Shown: positions 1 through 10,577, counted from the stretch's first letter. The stretch: 64,000 bases of DNA from Myxococcales bacterium (GCA_020633555.1 JACKDL010000026.1:1-64000); one strand, 5' to 3'. Numbers and translations are program-made. Notes: generated by a model from the letters alone, not told the origin.

Positions 1-660
1 TGGGAGATCCTGGGCGGCCTCATCGGCGCCATCGACTGGCTGGTGGGCCACATGGCGGCGCACTACCGCGCCGCCCTGGGTGAGCCCCACGGCTGGCTCT
101 ACGCCGCCATCGTGGGCCTGGGGATCGCCGTGGCCTGGGGCGCCGGCCTCCGGCTCGCCTGGCGCACCTTCCGCGCCGGCCTGAAGAAGCCCGAGGAGCC
201 CCGCGCCGCCAAGGAGGGTCTGGCCGTCGGCTTCACCGCCTTCACGGCCCTCTCCACCGTCTGCGTGCTCGCCGCCGCGGGCGCCTGGTTCACGGTGCGC
301 TTCTTCACCCCGGGCGAGGCCGTGGAGCCCCGCGCCGTGGCGGACGGCCTCACCGCCCTGCAGCACGACCTGGGGCAGGCCCTGGGCTGGGCCGCCCCGA
401 AGGTGGATCGCGGCCTCGACAAGGTGGCCGACCGCAGCCGCCCGGTGGTGGCCAACGTCCGCGAGATCATGGAGATCTTCGGCCCCCTGCTGCTGGCCAT
501 GGCCGTGGCCGCCGTCTCGATGGTGCTGCTGGCCCGCCGCTCGAGGGAGTGGTGGAAGGTGCAGGCGCCCATCACCAAGGTGGGCGTGCTCTCGCTCACC
601 GTCTTCGTGCTGCCCTTCATGGCGCTGTTCGCCGCGGTTGTGCTCAAGCGGGCCCTCTGA
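1..660 (+). CDS. Integral membrane protein, 5'-truncated at window edge
   Basis: ORF in frame from nt 1 with no upstream stop in the window. Several hydrophobic helices ([53 protein letters not shown]). No recognisable family. Confidence 0.45.
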   Translation, partial: WEILGGLIGAIDWLVGHMAAHYRAALGEPHGWLYAAIVGLGIAVAWGAGLRLAWRTFRAGLKKPEEPRAAKEGLAVGFTAFTALSTVCVLAAAGAWFTVRFFTPGEAVEPRAVADGLTALQHDLGQALGWAAPKVDRGLDKVADRSRPVVANVREIMEIFGPLLLAMAVAAVSMVLLARRSREWWKVQAPITKVGVLSLTVFVLPFMALFAAVVLKRAL

Positions 661-737
661 CCGCCCCCGCCTTGGGTTGCCAGCGGCCGGCGCCCGCCCG
701 CAAGATGCGGCACCCATCAACCCACTGGGAGACCCCC

Positions 738-1064
738 ATGAGCGAGCTCATCATCGAAGATCTGGTCGAGGGCCACGGCGCCAGCCCCCAGCAGGGCGAC
801 ACCGTGGTGGTGCACTACACCGGCTGGCTGACCGACGGCACCAAGTTCGACAGCAGCAAGGACCGCGGCCGCCCCTTCGAGTTCCCCCTGGGCATGGGCC
901 GCGTCATCGCCGGCTGGGATCAGGGCGTGGCCACCATGAAGATCGGCGGCACCCGCAAGCTGACCATCCCCGCCCACCTGGGCTACGGCAGCCGTGGCGC
1001 GGCGGGCATCATCCCGCCCAACGCCACGCTGATCTTCGAGGTGGAGCTGCTGGGCATCCGCTGA
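738..1064 (+). CDS. FKBP-type peptidyl-prolyl cis-trans isomerase (108 aa)
   Basis: [12 protein letters not shown]...[17 protein letters not shown]...[36 protein letters not shown] is a canonical FKBP-fold signature. Start re-chosen at the internal ATG at 738; the upstream part of ORF 549..1064 is Arg-rich junk. Confidence 0.85.
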   Translation: MSELIIEDLVEGHGASPQQGDTVVVHYTGWLTDGTKFDSSKDRGRPFEFPLGMGRVIAGWDQGVATMKIGGTRKLTIPAHLGYGSRGAAGIIPPNATLIFEVELLGIR

Positions 1065-1110
1065 CGCGGCCCCCCGTGGCCCATCAGCCCGCATCCAGGC
1101 GTCTCGCAAC

Positions 1111-1140
1111 GGGCACCCCACGGCTCGGCGACGGGTGCCG
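1111..1140 (+). terminator. Weak GC hairpin downstream of the FKBP gene
   Basis: GGGCACCC(1111-1118)...GGGTGCC(1133-1139) inverted repeat with a long 14-nt loop and no U-tract. Marginal. Confidence 0.15.
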
Positions 1141-1203
1141 TCAGGGGCTACGCCCGTGACCCCCAGGTCAGGATGCGGGGTGCAAAGGCCGTACTCGCTC
1201 GAC

Positions 1204-2751
1204 ATGCTCGGCGCCCTCTCCCTGCTCGTGATCCTGGCGGCCCCTGCCGCCTGCGACTACGCCGCCAGCCACGCGCTGGTGGTGGGCATCGACCGCTACG
1301 GCCCGGGCATCAGCCCGCTGCGCGCGGCGCGGCGGGACGCCGAGCGGGTGGGCGCCGCCCTGCGGGCCCGCGGCTTTCAGGTCAGCGAGCTGCTCGACGG
1401 CCAGGCGACCCGGGCCAACATCATGCGCACGCTGGGCGACGAGCTGCTGCCCCGCACCCGCCCCGACGACCGGGTGGTGATCTACTTCGCCGGGCACGGG
1501 GTGACTGTGGGCGAGCGGGATCACACCATGGGCTACCTGATCCCGGCCGACGGGCACCCCGATCGCCCGGTGGCCACGGGCATCGCCATGCGTGAGCTCA
1601 CCGAGCTGCTCGGGACCGCGCCCGCCCGCCACCGCCTGTTTCTGGCCGACGCCTGCTACAGCGGGCTCGCCTTGCCCGGTGAGCGCAGCCTGAAGCGCGC
1701 GGCACTGCCCCCCGGCGACGCGGCCCGCTGCGCTGCGCTGCGTGAGCCGGTCACCAGCGTCATCGTGGCTGGCCGCAAGGGACAGGTCGCCCTGGAGGAT
1801 GCCGACGGAGGCGCCTTCACCCACACCCTGCTGCGCGGGCTCGCCGGCCAGGCCGATCCCGACGGCGACGGCACCCTCAGCCACCTGGAGCTGGCCGCCT
1901 ACCTGGATCGGGTGGTCCCCCAGTTCACGTTGCGGCGGTGGGGCCAGGTGCAGAGCCCGCAGGCCGTGCACCGGGGCGCGGGGACGCTGCTCCTGGCGGT
2001 GGTTGCCGACGACGCCAACTCGGCGATCCCGACGCCGGTGACGCCCGCCCGGCAGCGGACCGTGCGGGGGGTCGCGGTCGTGGAGGTCCCCGCCGGCGCT
2101 TTCCTGATGGGCTGCGACCCCACCCACCAGCCCGGCTGCCCGCAGAGCGAGCAACCCCGTCGTCAGGTCACGTTGCCCGCCTACGGCATCACCCGCACCG
2201 AGATCACCGCCGCCCAGTACGGCCGCTGCGTCGAGGCCGGCGGCTGCACCCCCACCGAGCCGCAGTTCGACCAGGCCGGGTGCAACGGCAGCCGCTTTGA
2301 CCGCGGCGAGCACCCCATGAACTGCGTCACCTGGGCGCAGGCCAAGGCCTACTGCGCCTGGCTGGGGGGCGGGCTGTGCCCGGCCACCCACTGGGAGAAG
2401 GCGGCCCGGGGCGGCGACGGCCGCCGCTACCCCTGGGGCGACGAGTCACCCACCTGCGCCCGGGCCCAGATGAAGGACAGCGGCGACGGCTGCGGGTCGT
2501 TGGACACGGCGCCCGTGGGCGCCAAGCCCGGCGACCAGTCGCCCTTCGGGGTGATGGACATGGCCGGCAACGTGACGGAGTTCATCGCCGACCGGATCGC
2601 CGAGGCGCAGGGTCAAGCCATGCGCGTGGGATACCGGGGCGGGGCCTTCTCGACCGGGCCCGAAGACATGCGGTGCAGCGCCGTGGGCGATCAGAACCCG
2701 GCGCTGACCGGCACCGCCTTCGGCATCCGCTGCTGCCTCCCCCCGCCCTGA
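1204..2751 (+). CDS. Lipoprotein with N-terminal caspase-like (peptidase C14) domain fused to an FGE/SUMF1-like (sulfatase-modifying-factor) domain
   Basis: Signal + lipobox MLGALSLLVILAAPAAC. Caspase signatures HALVVGIDRYGPG, His in VIYFAGHGV, Cys in LFLADACYSG. C-terminal half has FGE-like motifs (VPAGAFLMGC, HPMNCVTWAQAKAYCAWLGG, YPWGD, RGGAFS). The FGE catalytic Cys pair is not obvious. Confidence 0.75.
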   Translation: MLGALSLLVILAAPAACDYAASHALVVGIDRYGPGISPLRAARRDAERVGAALRARGFQVSELLDGQATRANIMRTLGDELLPRTRPDDRVVIYFAGHGVTVGERDHTMGYLIPADGHPDRPVATGIAMRELTELLGTAPARHRLFLADACYSGLALPGERSLKRAALPPGDAARCAALREPVTSVIVAGRKGQVALEDADGGAFTHTLLRGLAGQADPDGDGTLSHLELAAYLDRVVPQFTLRRWGQVQSPQAVHRGAGTLLLAVVADDANSAIPTPVTPARQRTVRGVAVVEVPAGAFLMGCDPTHQPGCPQSEQPRRQVTLPAYGITRTEITAAQYGRCVEAGGCTPTEPQFDQAGCNGSRFDRGEHPMNCVTWAQAKAYCAWLGGGLCPATHWEKAARGGDGRRYPWGDESPTCARAQMKDSGDGCGSLDTAPVGAKPGDQSPFGVMDMAGNVTEFIADRIAEAQGQAMRVGYRGGAFSTGPEDMRCSAVGDQNPALTGTAFGIRCCLPPP

Positions 2752-2780
2752 CGGGGGGCGAGCGCGCCGGGCGGCCGCGG

Positions 2781-5700
2781 CTACTCGGCGCCGGGCTGAC
2801 CCTTCTCTTCGCGAGCGGCCTGGGCGATCTCCATGAGCGCCTGGGTGGCCAGCTTCACCAGGTCCTCGCCCTGGGGCGGCTCGGTGGGGTCGCGCGCCTC
2901 GACGCGCTTCGTCGCCTCGGACAGGTTGCTGAGGGCCGCCTTGGCCTTGTCGGCCAGCGGGCCCGGGCCCGCGTTGGCGATGCCCGCCAGCGCCTGGCGC
3001 GCCATGGCCATGACGTCGGGCATGGCCTTGATGGCCTGGGCGCGGGTCTCGGCGGGCGGGGGCTCGGCCGCGGGGGGCGCCGAGGGTTCGGCGGGCGGCT
3101 CGGCCGCGGCCGCGGCGGGCGCCGGCACCTCGCGGGCGCCGCCCGTCTCGACCTCGAGGCCGACGCGCACCCGGTCGTCGTCGCGCGCGGGCGGCGCCGC
3201 GGCCGGCGGCATCGACTCGGGCTCGGCGGCGGGCGGTTCGGGCGCGGGCGGCTCGGCGGCGGTGATCTCCTGGCACCGCCGGGGCTGGCGGCTGGGCGAT
3301 GGGCAGATCCAGCATGACCGGCTGCAGCTTGGGCGCCGGCTCGGGGGCCGGCGGGGGCGCGGCGGGCGCCGCGGCGGGCTTGGGGGCCGCGGGCGCAGGC
3401 GCCGGGATGGCCGCGCTGGGGGGCTGGCGCCGCCCGTGGGGGTTGGCGTCGAAGAAGTCGAAGGTGAAGCGCCCCTCGCGGAAGCCGATCTTCAGGGTGT
3501 CGGGCAGCGCGCCCGCCGCCATCTGGCCCAGCAGCGCCGACGACACCTTCGGCAGCAGGGTGCCGTTGATGATGTAGTCCACGTTGCGGGCGCCGGTCTC
3601 CACCTCGTTGCAGCGGTCGGCGATGGCCTGCACCACCGCCGGCTCCACCTCCAGCGCCATCTTGTGGCTCTCCCACAGGCGGTCGCGCACGTGCCCCAGC
3701 TTGAGCTGCACGATGCTGACCATGACCTCGGGGTTGATGGGGAAGTACGGCACGATGGTCATGCGGGCCAGCAAGGCCGGCTTGAAGTGCGCCGAGAGCA
3801 CCGGGCGGATGCGCTTGGTGAGCTCCTCGTGGGCCAGAGTGACCTGGCCTTCCTTCGTGTGCTCCATGATCAGATCGCTGGCCAGGTTGCTGGTCAGGAA
3901 GATCACGGTGTCCTTGAAGTCGATGACCCGGCCCTCGCCATCGGCGAGCATGCCCTTGTCGAACACCTGGTAGAACAGGTTGAGCACCTCGGGGTGCGCC
4001 TTCTCAACCTCGTCGAGCAGCACCACCGAGTAGGGGCGCTGGCGCACCGCCTCGGTGAGCACGCCGCCCTCGCCGTAGCCCACGTACCCCGGGGGGCTGC
4101 CGATGAGCCGGCTGACGGTGTGCTTCTCCTGGAACTCGCTCATGTTGATGGTGGTCATGAAGCGCTCGCCGCCGAACAGCAGATCGGCGACGCCCAGGGC
4201 GGTCTCGGTCTTGCCGACGCCGCTGGGGCCCACGAACAGGAACACCCCGATGGGAATCTTGGGGTTCTTCAGGCCCGCCTTGGCCGCCCGCACCCGGGTG
4301 GCGATGACCTCCATGGCGTGGTCCTGACCCTTGATGCGCTCGCCCAGGTTGGCCTCGAAGCTCAGCAGCGCCGCCGCCTCGTCGCGGACCATCTTGCCCA
4401 GGGGGATGCCCGTCCAGTCGCTGATGACCTTGCCGATGACCTCGGGGGTGACCTCGACGTTGACGATGGGATCGCGGCCCTGGATGGCGTGCAGCTCGGC
4501 GATGGCGGCGCCCAGGGCGCCCCGCAGCTCGTCGAGCTTCGCGGCGTCCAGGCTGGCCCCCTGCTGCTCGCCGAGCTGGTACTGGCTGAGGGCCTTGCGG
4601 GCCTCGATGACCTTCTGGGCGGCCTCGGACTCCATGGTCCAGGCCATGGTCAGATCGGTGACGCGCTGCTCGGTGGCCGCCAGCTCCTCGTCCAGCTCCT
4701 CCAGCCGGTCGTCCACGGGCACGGCGCACTTCTCGGCGTCGTGCACCAGGGCGGCGCGCTCGCGCTTCAGCGTCTCGATGTGACGCTCGGCGTCCTGCAG
4801 CTCGGCGGGCTTGCTGCTCAGGGCCACCCGCACGCGGGCCGCCGCCGTGTCCACCAGGTCGATGCCCTTGTCGGGGTTGTAGCGGCCGGTGATGTAGCGG
4901 GCGCCCAGCCGAGCCGCGGCCATCAGCGCGTCGTCGCGGATGATGACCCCGTGGTCCGCCTCGTAGCGGCTGCGCAGGCCGCGCAGCATGGTGGTGGTGG
5001 CGGCCACGTCGGGCTCGTCCAGCTTCACGAGCTGGAAGCGGCGCGAGAGGGCGGCGTCCTTCTCGAAGTGCTTCTTGTACTCGCTCCAGGTGGTGGCCGC
5101 GATGGTGCGCAGCTCGCCGCGGGCAAGCGCCGGCTTCAGCAGGTTGGCGGCGTCGCTGCCGCCCTCGCTGCCGCCGGCGCCGATCATCATGTGGGCTTCG
5201 TCGATGAACAGGATGATCGGCTTGGGCGACGCCTTCACGTCGTCGATCACCTGCTTGAGCCGCGCCTCGAACTCGCCCTTGATGCCGGCGCCCGCCTGCA
5301 GCAGGCCCAGGTCCAGCCCGATGAGCTCGACGCCCTCGAGCACGTCGGGCACGTCGCCGCTGACGATGCGCACCGCCAGGCCCTCGGCCAGGGCGGTCTT
5401 CCCCACGCCGGCCTCGCCCACGATGATGGGGTTGTTCTTCCGGCGGCGGGCCAGAATATCAATGATCTGGCGGATCTCGCGGTCGCGCCCGAACACGGGG
5501 TCGATCTGATCGGCCCGGGCGCGCTGGGTGAAGTTGGTGCCGTAGCGCGACAGCGCCGAGCCGTCATCGGCCGGCGGCCCCTCGAGGTCCCCGTGATCCC
5601 CCTCGCCCCCCGCGGCGGCCGCCGGGGCCTTGCCCAGGGCGCGGGCCTTCACCTGCGCCTGCCGGGTCTCCACGCTGGTGTGGGTGATCTCGTAGAAGTT

Positions 5701-6141
5701 GGCCTTCAGGTGGTCCTGGCCGATGGTCTCGAGGATGTCCGCGTAGTCGCCGCTGATGTAGCGCGCGGGGTTCTCGATGAGGGCCAGCAGCAGCGTGCCC
5801 GAGCGCACCTCGGGCAGCTTGAAGTCGATGCTGGCGATCATGAACGCCCGGCCCACCAGGCGGATGAGGAACGGGCTGAAGACCGGGCGGCCCGTGTTGC
5901 CGCGCTTGAAGGTCTCGAGCGTCTGCTGCAGCGACTTCTGCAGCCGGCCGGGGTCGCGGCCGAAGTGCAGGAAGATGTTGTTCAGGTCACCCGTGCCCTC
6001 TTCCAGCATGGTCAGCAGCAGGTGCTCGACCGTGACCTCGTAGTGGCCGCGGTTGACGCAGGCCGCGGCCGCCGCCTCCAGGCCCTGATTGCAGAAGGGG
6101 TTGAGGGTGCTGATCAGCGCTTTGAGGTCGACGTTCGCCAT
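2781..6141 (-). CDS. clpV: ClpV/TssH-like AAA+ ATPase (ClpB family, T6SS-type N-domain) with PA-rich C-terminal extension; the reading frame appears to shift near 3262-3275
   Basis: Start MANVDLKALISTLNPFCNQGLEAAAAACVNRGHYEVTVEHLLL (ATG at 6141). Two AAA+ modules: Walker A GEAGVGKTA (the ClpV-type 'GEAG', not ClpB 'GEPG'), TWSEYKKHFEKDAALSRRFQ, second Walker A GPSGVGKTE, sensor motifs. After FDFFDANPHG the frame runs on as Arg-rich junk to 2446 and would overlap the convergent caspase gene by 300 nt. A +1-offset frame (ORF 2781..3212) continues the PA-rich linker and ends in a well-formed helical C-terminus ...LVKLATQALMEIAQAAREEKGQPGAE*. Confidence 0.7.
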
Positions 6142-6294
6142 GGCTGGACGCTCGCTCGAGGGGCATTGGAAACCCATCCATTTCGCGTGCTGGCGGGCCG
6201 GAGCGCAAGTTCCGCCGGGCCGCCCCGACGTTATGTTGACGATCCGCCCGCCGGCCCCCGACCATCCTCGCGCCCCTGCCCCCGGAGGTCCGCC

Positions 6295-6708
6295 ATGCGC
6301 GCCCTGCCCCTGCCCTGCCTGCTGCTGCCCGGCCTGCTGGTCGTCGCCCTGTCCGGGTGCGACGACGACGGCGGCGCCGCCACCGCCAACGGCTACCTGG
6401 AATGCGATGGCGCTCAGACCTGCGACCTGGAGTGCCCCGCCACCGGCGAGTGTCGCGTGGAGGTGGCCGGCAACGCCCAGGCCACGGTGCGCTGCGGCAC
6501 CGGCACCTGCGAGGTGGACTGCGCCGCCGGTGCCCGCTGTGCCGTGAGCTGCAAGACCGGCGACTGCGCGGTGACGTGCACGGGCTCCGCCGCCTGCACC
6601 CAGCGCTGCAACGCCGGCCAGTGCACCCTGACCTGCGACGCCGCCACCCAGAGCTGCCAGCAGATCGAGGGCACGGGCGAGGCCACCTGCACGGGCTGCA
6701 CGGGGTAG
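6295..6708 (+). CDS. Small Cys-rich secreted lipoprotein (138 aa), divergent from clpV
   Basis: Signal/lipobox MRALPLPCLLLPGLLVVALSGC. Mature part is tandem C-x3-C-x-V-x-C-type repeats (CDLECPATGECRVEV, CGTGTCEVDCAAGARCAVSCKTGDCAVTCTGSAACTQRCNAGQCTLTCD). Confidence 0.6.
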   Translation: MRALPLPCLLLPGLLVVALSGCDDDGGAATANGYLECDGAQTCDLECPATGECRVEVAGNAQATVRCGTGTCEVDCAAGARCAVSCKTGDCAVTCTGSAACTQRCNAGQCTLTCDAATQSCQQIEGTGEATCTGCTG

Positions 6709-6832
6709 GCCTGCGCCAAGGGCTGGCGCAGCCCTACGCCAGCCGCCGCGCGCACCCCAACAGTCATGGGGTTCAGCGCCCTGGCACGCCCCGTGCTCAT
6801 GCCCCCCGGTACCATCGACTGGGAGGAACCCG

Positions 6833-7966
6833 ATGCGTCGCCTGAGCCTGCTGCTTGCCCCCCTGCCTTTTCTGGCCGCCTGCGGCCCCACCGAAGAGAC
6901 CACCGAGCAGACCGCCCCACGGGAGGTGCCCATCGTGGCGCCCGACGGCGTGCTGGGGCCCGTCCACTGCGAAGACGGCCGGCTCGAAGAGCGCTGGGAC
7001 TACCAGTGGGACGGCCCCCGGCTGGTGGCCGCCACGCGCACCCGCGCCGCCGTGGATCTGCAGACCACCGTGACCTGGGCCGACGGGCGCCTGATGGGGT
7101 GGACCGGCGAGGGCCAGGACGCCAGCACGGTGACCTTCACCCGCGACGCCGCCGGCGACATCACGGGCTGGACCCGCACCGATCCCACCCGGGCGCCCCT
7201 GGAGGTCACGGTGGCGCCCATCGAGGGGGGCGTCGAGCTGCACCTGCGCGGCGAGCTGTACGTGACGCCGTGGACCATGGACCACGAGGTCTTCGACCTG
7301 AACGCCCTGCCCGACGTGGCGCGGGCGCTGCCCAGCATGGCCCTGCTCATCGAGGCGCTGGTGGGCGTGCACCTGGGCGACGACCCGGGCCTGGAGCTGG
7401 CGCTGGGGCAGGCCGACCTGCGCGAGCGCCGCACCGTGGACGCCCAGGGGCGGCTGACCGCCGTGACCTTCGACCTGGACGGCGACGGCGCCGACGACGT
7501 GGTGCAGACCCACGCCTACGCCGATGGGCAGGTGGTGATCACCCTGGATCTGGACGGTGACGGCGCCCCCGAGCGCACGACCACCCGCACCCTGGACGAC
7601 GAGGGCCGCCCCGTGCGCGAGGTGGTGGCCGGCGGCGCCCACACCTCGTGGCTGTACGAGCCGGGGCTGCTGAAGACCCTGCGCGACGACGACGGCGACG
7701 ACGCGCCGAACGCCGTGACCTGGCTGTACCTGAACGCCGCCGGGCAGCGGGTGCTGAAGTACGAGGACTACGACGCCAACGGCCAGGCCGAGTGGCGGCG
7801 CCGGTACGGCTACGGGGCCGATGGGCAGCGGGTGCTCGCGGAGCGCGACAACAACGGGGACGGCATCATCGACCACCGCTTCGAGGTGGCCCACGGCCCC
7901 GACGGCTCGGTGGTGAGCACCTTCGAGCGGGTGCCCGATCCCAACGGCTGCGGCGGCCGCTGGTAG
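6833..7966 (+). CDS. Hypothetical lipoprotein (377 aa) with Asp-rich DLDGDG repeats
   Basis: RBS GGGAGGAA then ATG. Lipobox LPFLAACG. Repeated TFDLDGDGADD / ITLDLDGDGAPE calcium-binding-like motifs. Confidence 0.55.
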   Translation: MRRLSLLLAPLPFLAACGPTEETTEQTAPREVPIVAPDGVLGPVHCEDGRLEERWDYQWDGPRLVAATRTRAAVDLQTTVTWADGRLMGWTGEGQDASTVTFTRDAAGDITGWTRTDPTRAPLEVTVAPIEGGVELHLRGELYVTPWTMDHEVFDLNALPDVARALPSMALLIEALVGVHLGDDPGLELALGQADLRERRTVDAQGRLTAVTFDLDGDGADDVVQTHAYADGQVVITLDLDGDGAPERTTTRTLDDEGRPVREVVAGGAHTSWLYEPGLLKTLRDDDGDDAPNAVTWLYLNAAGQRVLKYEDYDANGQAEWRRRYGYGADGQRVLAERDNNGDGIIDHRFEVAHGPDGSVVSTFERVPDPNGCGGRW

Positions 7967-7994
7967 GTCAGGTCCAAGCCGCCGTCGGCCCCGG

Positions 7995-9584
7995 TCAGAA
8001 CGACGTCAGGCCGTGGCGGATGATGAGGGTGAGCTGGGCGCCGCTGAACTCGGGGAAGTTGCGGCAGATGCCTGCGATGCACTTGATGCCGCCGCGCTGG
8101 GTGCCGACGGTGCTGCGGATCTGCAGCCAGTCGTTGGCGTCGTAGCGCAGGATGCCGGCGTAGAACAGGGTGCGGCCGCGCTGGGACTGGGTGTCGTAGC
8201 CCAGCTCGAAGGTCAGCGAGCCCAGGCCCGCCTTGTCCACGCTCAGCAGGGTGCTGCCGCGCACGTTGTCGTCGAGCTGCCCGCCCGTGCTGCCCTGCTC
8301 GAGCTGCCGGAACTGGTTCAGGCTCTGCAGGTGGATCCCGTAGGCGCCCGTCAGGTGCTGCACCCAGTCCAGGTCGTAGTGGGCGATGACCTTCACCACC
8401 TCCTCGCGGGCGGTGTTGTAGGCCTGCCGGTAGCCGCCGTTGGTGGTGATGCGCGACGCCCCCTGCCCGTAGACGTACTCGAAGCCGCCGAAGCCGTGCA
8501 GCACCCGCACCTCGGCCTCGCCCTCGCCCTGATCCTCCAGCTTGAACAGGCCGTTGGCGTGGAACACCAGGTCGCCGTCCAGGAAGAAGCGCTCGGCGCG
8601 CAGGCGGCCGCCCACCACGTCCTCGACGTTGCTGACCTCCATGTCGATGCGCTCGAGGGTGGGGATGTTGTTGTAGCGGAAGCGCTGCTGGGTGGCCTGG
8701 TTCAGGCCGCCCACCTGCTCGAAGCCAAGGGTGTCGTGATCCAGGGCGTTCAGGTGCAGGCCCTCGATGAGGAAGGCCCAGTCGGGGGGCGTGATGTCGA
8801 TGGCCACGTAGCTGGCGGTGGCCTGGTGACTGTCCTGGCCCGCCCGCACGAGCTGCTGCAGATTGCCCTCGGCGTAGACCGCCAGCCAGTCGGTGAGGGT
8901 CGGGGCCTCAAAGGTGAGGCCCACGGTGGTGTTCCGGTCGTCGCCCTCGCTGGCCGCAATGGGCTCCTCGCGCTCCATGAACAGCGCATGGCCCCCCACG
9001 AACAGCCCGGCGCCCGCGGCCACGCGGCCGTGGCCGCCCACCATGATGTCCTCGGTGTCCTCGAGGAACCGCTGCGACACCAGGTCCACGTTGGCCGGGT
9101 TCACGCGACCTGCGAACAGCGACCCCTGCAGGGTCGGGCCGCTCCAGGCCAGGTCGCCGCCGCGCAGCGACACGTCGACCCCCAGCTCGTCCACCTTGCG
9201 CAGGCTGAGCACCAGGCCGCGGCCGAGCTGCTTGAAGTAGTCGCCCACGGTGAGCTTGAGCTTGCCCAGGTTGTAGCGCACCTGCACCCGCTCCACCCGC
9301 GAGTCGCTGCGCAGCCCGGCGGTGTCGGGATCGATGAAGTACATCCCGTCCACCCGCAGGTTGGTGGTCAGGTCGCCGGCGGATCCCACGATGTTCAGGC
9401 GGTCGAGGAAGAAGCCGTACTGGTCGTCGCTGGTGAGCTCGCCGGGCGGCTCAGCCCGCCACTCGCTGGTGAGCGTGTTGGTCACCGTGGCGCTCGGGGC
9501 CCCGTCGCGGGCGGCGGCCGGGCCGGCGGCCAAGGCCACCCCCACCGCCATCGTCCATGCCCTGTGCTGCTTCATCGCCCCCAT
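7995..9584 (-). CDS. Outer-membrane beta-barrel protein (about 526 aa)
   Basis: N-terminal signal MKQHRAWTMAVGVALAAGPAAA. Alternating amphipathic beta-strand pattern throughout. C-terminal ...LIIRHGLTSF ends in an aromatic residue, as in OMP targeting signals. Confidence 0.55.
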   Translation of the reverse strand: MGAMKQHRAWTMAVGVALAAGPAAARDGAPSATVTNTLTSEWRAEPPGELTSDDQYGFFLDRLNIVGSAGDLTTNLRVDGMYFIDPDTAGLRSDSRVERVQVRYNLGKLKLTVGDYFKQLGRGLVLSLRKVDELGVDVSLRGGDLAWSGPTLQGSLFAGRVNPANVDLVSQRFLEDTEDIMVGGHGRVAAGAGLFVGGHALFMEREEPIAASEGDDRNTTVGLTFEAPTLTDWLAVYAEGNLQQLVRAGQDSHQATASYVAIDITPPDWAFLIEGLHLNALDHDTLGFEQVGGLNQATQQRFRYNNIPTLERIDMEVSNVEDVVGGRLRAERFFLDGDLVFHANGLFKLEDQGEGEAEVRVLHGFGGFEYVYGQGASRITTNGGYRQAYNTAREEVVKVIAHYDLDWVQHLTGAYGIHLQSLNQFRQLEQGSTGGQLDDNVRGSTLLSVDKAGLGSLTFELGYDTQSQRGRTLFYAGILRYDANDWLQIRSTVGTQRGGIKCIAGICRNFPEFSGAQLTLIIRHGLTSF

Positions 9585-9699
9585 CGTCCCCAGTTGAACG
9601 CCCGCATCTTGGATCGCCCGGGCGGGTCCGTCGACCCTGCCCTTGCGGCCACCTTGGCCCCGGCGGGATCATCGGGCGACGGACCGCAGAGGAGACGAG

Positions 9700-9990
9700 A
9701 TGCGACACGCGTGGATGCTGGCCGGCCTGCTGGCCCTGGTGGGCTGTGGATCGGACGGGAACAAGGCGAAGCCCGGCACCCTTGAGCACGACATCAAGGA
9801 GACGGCCGAGTCGCTGGGCGAGGCGGTGGGCGAGGTGGCCGACAAGGCCGGCGACACCGCCAAGGAGATCGTGGACGATCTGAAGGACGCCCCGACAGAG
9901 GCACAGCGGAACCTGAAGAAGAACTTCAAAGGGGATGCGGCCGAGGACGCGCCGGACGCGCCCGAGCCGAACGCCGAGGACGCCCCCTAG
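9700..9990 (+). CDS. Small acidic lipoprotein (96 aa)
   Basis: RBS GGAGACGAG then ATG. Lipobox MRHAWMLAGLLALVGCGS. Mature part is Lys/Glu/Asp-rich and helical. Confidence 0.5.
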   Translation: MRHAWMLAGLLALVGCGSDGNKAKPGTLEHDIKETAESLGEAVGEVADKAGDTAKEIVDDLKDAPTEAQRNLKKNFKGDAAEDAPDAPEPNAEDAP

Positions 9991-10577
9991 GGCGCGGCGG
10001 AGGCGGGCGCAGCGGACGTCGGCGCCGAAGCAGGCGCCGAGGCCGGGGCTGGCGTCGCTGCGCCCTCGGCCGCCAGGGCCTCGAGGGTGGCCTTCATGCC
10101 CACCTCGTCACCGGCCGTGTAGCCGTCGTGCTCGCCGGCCTTCCGGCCCTCGCGGTCGATGTACAGGGTGAAGGGCTGGTTGCCGCGGGGGTTCAGGTTG
10201 GCCATCACGGCGCCGTCCTGGTCGAGCAGCACCGGCATGCTCCACTTCCGCCGCTTCACGGTCTGGCGGACCTTGCCCAGGGTCTGGGGGCCGTCGGTGG
10301 TCACCGCCAGCACCTCGACGCCCTGCGCCTTCATGGCCTGGTAGTACTCGTCGACGAACTTCAGCTCCTGGAGGCACGGCTGGCACCAGGTGGCCCAGAA
10401 GTTGATCATCACCACCTTGCCCTTCAGATCCGCCAGCCGCACCGGCGTGCCCGTCAGGGTGTTCAGGGTGAAGTCGGCGACGGCGGGCCGCTCGGCCGGC
10501 GGGGTGAGCTTCACCTCGGCCTGCGCGGTGGCCACCAGGCCCAGGCAAAGCAGGGCGGGGACAAGGCGAGCCAGCAT
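9987..10577 (-). CDS. TlpA/ResA-like thiol:disulfide oxidoreductase (thioredoxin fold), periplasmic
   Basis: Signal MLARLVPALLCLGLVATAQA. INFWATWCQPCLQELKF has the CxxC active site in a TlpA-like context. GGAGG RBS upstream of the 10577 ATG. Confidence 0.75.
   Translation of the reverse strand: MLARLVPALLCLGLVATAQAEVKLTPPAERPAVADFTLNTLTGTPVRLADLKGKVVMINFWATWCQPCLQELKFVDEYYQAMKAQGVEVLAVTTDGPQTLGKVRQTVKRRKWSMPVLLDQDGAVMANLNPRGNQPFTLYIDREGRKAGEHDGYTAGDEVGMKATLEALAAEGAATPAPASAPASAPTSAAPASAAP

Noticed and set aside
6142-6294. Possible hairpin or operator (ccggagcgcaagttccgccgg) in the clpV and Cys-rich lipoprotein divergent region
   Set aside because: The inverted repeat is imperfect, and GC-rich near-palindromes are expected by chance at this base composition.
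2833-6708. 1,291-aa plus-strand ORF antisense to clpV
   Set aside because: Arg/Gly/Ala-rich junk typical of antisense frames in 70% GC DNA. It overlaps the strongly supported ClpV gene. Only its last 138 aa (6295..6708) are a real gene.
8013-9785. 590-aa plus-strand ORF antisense to the OMP gene
   Set aside because: Low-complexity Ala/Gly/Val/His composition. No motifs. The opposite strand has a well-formed OMP.
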